Virus record (IMG/VR): IMGVR_UViG_3300000358_000074
Reading direction: 5' to 3' (one strand)
Source: a virus
Taxonomy: Duplodnaviria > Heunggongvirae > Uroviricota > Caudoviricetes
DNA length: 30,013 bases
A model generated the notes under the pieces. The model ran no database searches. It saw only the letters and a list, made by a program, of their open reading frames with translations, and had not been told where the DNA came from. Of the stretch, positions 27,413-30,013 are shown one piece after another (the first letter of the stretch is position 1; each line of letters begins with the position of its first letter). The position numbers were made by a program, and so were the translations under genes.

Positions 27413-28575
27413 TGCTGGATGCGCTGACATTTGATGCAGGCAGTACGCTGACGCCGGATTACATGCTGATGCTCGACAGCAGGGATATTACCGGCAATAT
27501 CAGCGACCGTCTGATGAGCATGACTCTGACGGATAACCGGGGCTTTGAGGCTGACCAGCTTGATATTGAACTGAACGATGCCGACGGGCAGGTCGAACTG
27601 CCGGTTCGTGGCGCTGTCCTGACGGTGTATATCGGCTGGAAAGGTTTTGCCCTGGTATGCAAAGGGAAATTCACCGTTGATGAGGTTGAACACCGGGGCG
27701 CGCCGGATGTGGTCACCATCCGCGCCCGGAGTGCAGATTTCCGCGGGACGCTCAATTCCCGCCGTGAAGGCTCCTGGCATGACACCACGCTCGGTGCGAT
27801 TGTTGAGGCGATAGCCTCCCGTAACAGGCTGGAAGCCAGTGTCGCTCCGTCACTGGCCGGAATTAAAATTCCGCACATCGACCAGTCGCAGGAGTCTGAT
27901 GCGAAATTCCTGACCCGCCTTGCAGAACGCAACGGCGGTGAGGTGTCGGTAAAAATGGGAAAACTGCTGTTTCTCAAAGCGGGGCAGGGGGTGACGGCCA
28001 GCGGTAAAAAAATCCCGCAGATTACCATCACTCGCAGCGACGGCGACCGCCATCATTTTGCGATTGCTGACCGTGGAGCCTACACCGGTGTAACGGCAAA
28101 ATGGCTACACACCAAAGACCCGAAGCCTCAAAAGCAGAAGGTAAAACTGAAACGCAAAAAGAAAGAGAAACACCTGCGCGCACTGGAGCACCCGAAAGCG
28201 AAACCGGTCAGGCAGAAGAAAGCGCCTAAAGTACCGGAAGCGCGTGAAGGTGAATACATGGCCGGTGAGGCTGACAACGTTTTTGCCCTGACCACGGTAT
28301 ATGCCACGAAAGCGCAGGCCATGCGCGCCGCTCAGGCGAAGTGGGATAAGCTGCAACGGGGCGTTGCGGAGTTCTCCATCAGTCTGGCTACCGGTCGTGC
28401 TGATATTTACACGGAAACACCGGTTAAAGTGTCAGGCTTTAAGCGCGTCATAGACGAGCAGGACTGGACAATCACTAAGGTGACACATTTTCTGAATAAT
28501 AGCGGCTTCACGACGTCCTTGGAGCTTGAGGTCAGGCTTTCTGATGTGGAGTACGAAACAGAAGATGATGACTGA
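27412..28575 (+). CDS. D: Tail protein gpD
   Basis: 387 aa, P2 D length and position; contains a lysine-rich internal segment. Confidence 0.85.
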   Translation: MLDALTFDAGSTLTPDYMLMLDSRDITGNISDRLMSMTLTDNRGFEADQLDIELNDADGQVELPVRGAVLTVYIGWKGFALVCKGKFTVDEVEHRGAPDVVTIRARSADFRGTLNSRREGSWHDTTLGAIVEAIASRNRLEASVAPSLAGIKIPHIDQSQESDAKFLTRLAERNGGEVSVKMGKLLFLKAGQGVTASGKKIPQITITRSDGDRHHFAIADRGAYTGVTAKWLHTKDPKPQKQKVKLKRKKKEKHLRALEHPKAKPVRQKKAPKVPEAREGEYMAGEADNVFALTTVYATKAQAMRAAQAKWDKLQRGVAEFSISLATGRADIYTETPVKVSGFKRVIDEQDWTITKVTHFLNNSGFTTSLELEVRLSDVEYETEDDD

Positions 28576-28656
28576 TGTTATTATTTTATCTGTTTGTTTT
28601 ATAAGGATAAATTAACTAAAATGGCACCATCAACAAAACCGGAAGAGGTGCTCGCG

Positions 28657-28875
28657 ATGTTTCATTGTCCTTTATGCCAGCATGCCGCACATGCGCGTAC
28701 AAGCCGCTATATCACTGACACGACAAAAGAGCGTTATCACCAGTGTCAGAACGTGAATTGCAGCGCCACGTTCATCACTTATGAGTCGGTACAGCGATAC
28801 ATCGTGAAGCCGGGAGAAGTCCACGCCGTAAGGCCGCACCCGTTACCATCAGGACAGCAAATTATGTGGATGTGA
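28657..28875 (+). CDS. ogr: Late gene transcriptional activator Ogr (zinc finger)
   Basis: Start at the internal ATG (MFHCPLCQHAAHARTSRYITDTTKERYHQCQNVNCSATF...), 72 aa, with the CxxC...CxxxxC zinc-binding pattern of Ogr/Delta. The six-frame ORF begins earlier, at 28594. Confidence 0.85.
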   Translation: MFHCPLCQHAAHARTSRYITDTTKERYHQCQNVNCSATFITYESVQRYIVKPGEVHAVRPHPLPSGQQIMWM

Positions 28876-28886
28876 TCACAAAAATA

Positions 28887-28911
28887 GCCCCTCAGTTGAG
28901 GGGCTTATTTA
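28887..28911 (+). terminator. Putative terminator after ogr
   Basis: agcccctc-agtt-gaggggct followed by tattt. Confidence 0.5.
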
Positions 28912-29002
28912 TGGTCGATGTGGACGCTATGTGGACAGTGCTTGATATAAATCCATTTATATCATCAGGTTAGGTGCTTTTTTGTGACACCATCCCTGTC
29001 TT

Positions 29003-29029
29003 CCCCCACATGATGTGGGGGTTTTTTTT
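29003..29029 (+). terminator. Strong rho-independent terminator (probably host-side, upstream of fieF)
   Basis: cccccaca-tga-tgtggggg followed by a run of 8 T. Confidence 0.6.
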
Positions 29030-29110
29030 ATCCTCAATTTGCCTGCTGCTTAATGCATTGCAGATGATTTGCTTCCGTTATACTACCGTCAGTTGATAGC
29101 GGGAGTATTT

Positions 29111-30013
29111 ATGAATCAATCTTATGGACGGCTGGTCAGTCGGGCGGCGATTGCTGCGACGGCGATGGCTTCGCTGCTATTGCTGATTAAAATTTTTGCA
29201 TGGTGGTATACCGGGTCGGTGAGTATTCTCGCCGCGCTGGTGGATTCGCTGGTGGATATCGGCGCGTCGTTGACGAATTTACTGGTGGTGCGATATTCCC
29301 TGCAACCTGCCGACGATAATCACTCGTTTGGTCACGGTAAAGCTGAGTCCCTCGCGGCGCTGGCGCAAAGTATGTTTATCTCCGGTTCGGCACTATTCCT
29401 GTTTTTGACGGGTATTCAACATCTGGTATCTCCAACACCGATGACAGATCCAGGCGTCGGGGTTATCGTGACAATTGTGGCGCTAATTTGTACGATTATC
29501 CTTGTCTCGTTTCAGCGTTGGGTGGTGCGCCGGACGCAAAGCCAGGCGGTGCGGGCTGATATGCTACATTACCAGTCTGATGTTATGATGAACGGCGCAA
29601 TTCTGCTGGCGCTGGGGTTGTCCTGGTACGGCTGGCATCGCGCCGATGCTCTGTTTGCATTGGGGATCGGCATCTATATTTTATATAGCGCGTTACGCAT
29701 GGGATATGAGGCGGTACAGTCATTACTGGATCGCGCATTGCCTGATGAGGAACGGCAAGAAATTATTGATATCGTGACTTCCTGGCCGGGTGTTAGCGGC
29801 GCTCACGATCTTCGCACGCGGCAGTCAGGGCCGACCCGCTTTATTCAGATTCATTTGGAAATGGAAGACTCTCTGCCTTTGGTTCAGGCACATATGGTGG
29901 CGGATCAGGTAGAGCAGGCTATTTTACGGCGTTTTCCAGGATCGGATGTGATTATCCATCAGGACCCCTGTTCCGTCGTACCCAGGGAGGGTAAACGGTC
30001 TATGCTTTCATAA
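29111..30013 (+). CDS. fieF: Cation-diffusion facilitator family metal efflux transporter FieF (YiiP)
   Basis: 300 aa from the internal ATG ([51 protein letters not shown]...), with GGGAG Shine-Dalgarno; the protein reads as Escherichia FieF as I recall it. Host gene. Confidence 0.9.
   Translation: MNQSYGRLVSRAAIAATAMASLLLLIKIFAWWYTGSVSILAALVDSLVDIGASLTNLLVVRYSLQPADDNHSFGHGKAESLAALAQSMFISGSALFLFLTGIQHLVSPTPMTDPGVGVIVTIVALICTIILVSFQRWVVRRTQSQAVRADMLHYQSDVMMNGAILLALGLSWYGWHRADALFALGIGIYILYSALRMGYEAVQSLLDRALPDEERQEIIDIVTSWPGVSGAHDLRTRQSGPTRFIQIHLEMEDSLPLVQAHMVADQVEQAILRRFPGSDVIIHQDPCSVVPREGKRSMLS

Larger units (their letters stand above)
1..28912. mobile_element. P2-like prophage, near-complete, left end (attL) off-window; right boundary approximate
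   Basis: Colinear P2 gene order int-C-cox-B-A-[cargo]-cos-Q-P-O-N-M-L-X-Y-K-lysABC-R-S-V-W-J-I-H-G-FI-FII-E-T-U-D-ogr, with many protein lengths matching P2 as I recall them; host fieF follows. Confidence 0.9.

Noticed and set aside
26012-28356. Antisense ORFs inside T and D (26012-26641 -, 27459-28031 -, 28105-28356 -)
   Set aside because: Embedded in strongly supported tail genes; no independent signal.
28594-28656. N-terminal 21-codon extension of ogr in the six-frame track (start at 28594)
   Set aside because: The Ogr zinc finger begins at MFHCPLCQ and P2 Ogr is 72 aa; the upstream ATG lies in AT-rich promoter-like sequence. The same reasoning applied to the N-extended six-frame starts of int, P, O, L, A and fieF.
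1-30013. CRISPR arrays, tRNA or rRNA genes
   Set aside because: No regularly spaced short direct repeats and no tRNA-like cloverleaf region were seen; the only tandem repeats are the coding repeats in H. tRNA absence was judged by eye and could be confirmed with tRNAscan.

Overview
The window is almost entirely a P2-like (Peduovirus-type) temperate myovirus prophage in prophage order: int, C repressor, cox, B, four small early ORFs, A, a two-gene AT-rich cargo island, cos, then the late genes Q P / O N M L X Y K lysA lysB lysC R S V W J I H G / FI FII E E+E' T U D / ogr. The last ~900 bp is a host gene, the cation-diffusion facilitator fieF, which places the right prophage junction (attR) at about 28.9-29.1 kb; attL lies off-window to the left of int. 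All calls rest on reading the translated ORFs and recalling the P2 gene order and protein lengths; no searches were run. The main item of interest is the island at 5.8-7.8 kb, which sits where P2 carries orf91/tin/old (a known phage defence hotspot) and instead encodes a 443-aa protein with a C-terminal HNH-type nuclease motif plus a 139-aa protein of unknown function. I could not assign this pair to any named defence system. A 91-nt run of N (14986-15076) is an assembly gap inside the lysozyme gene.
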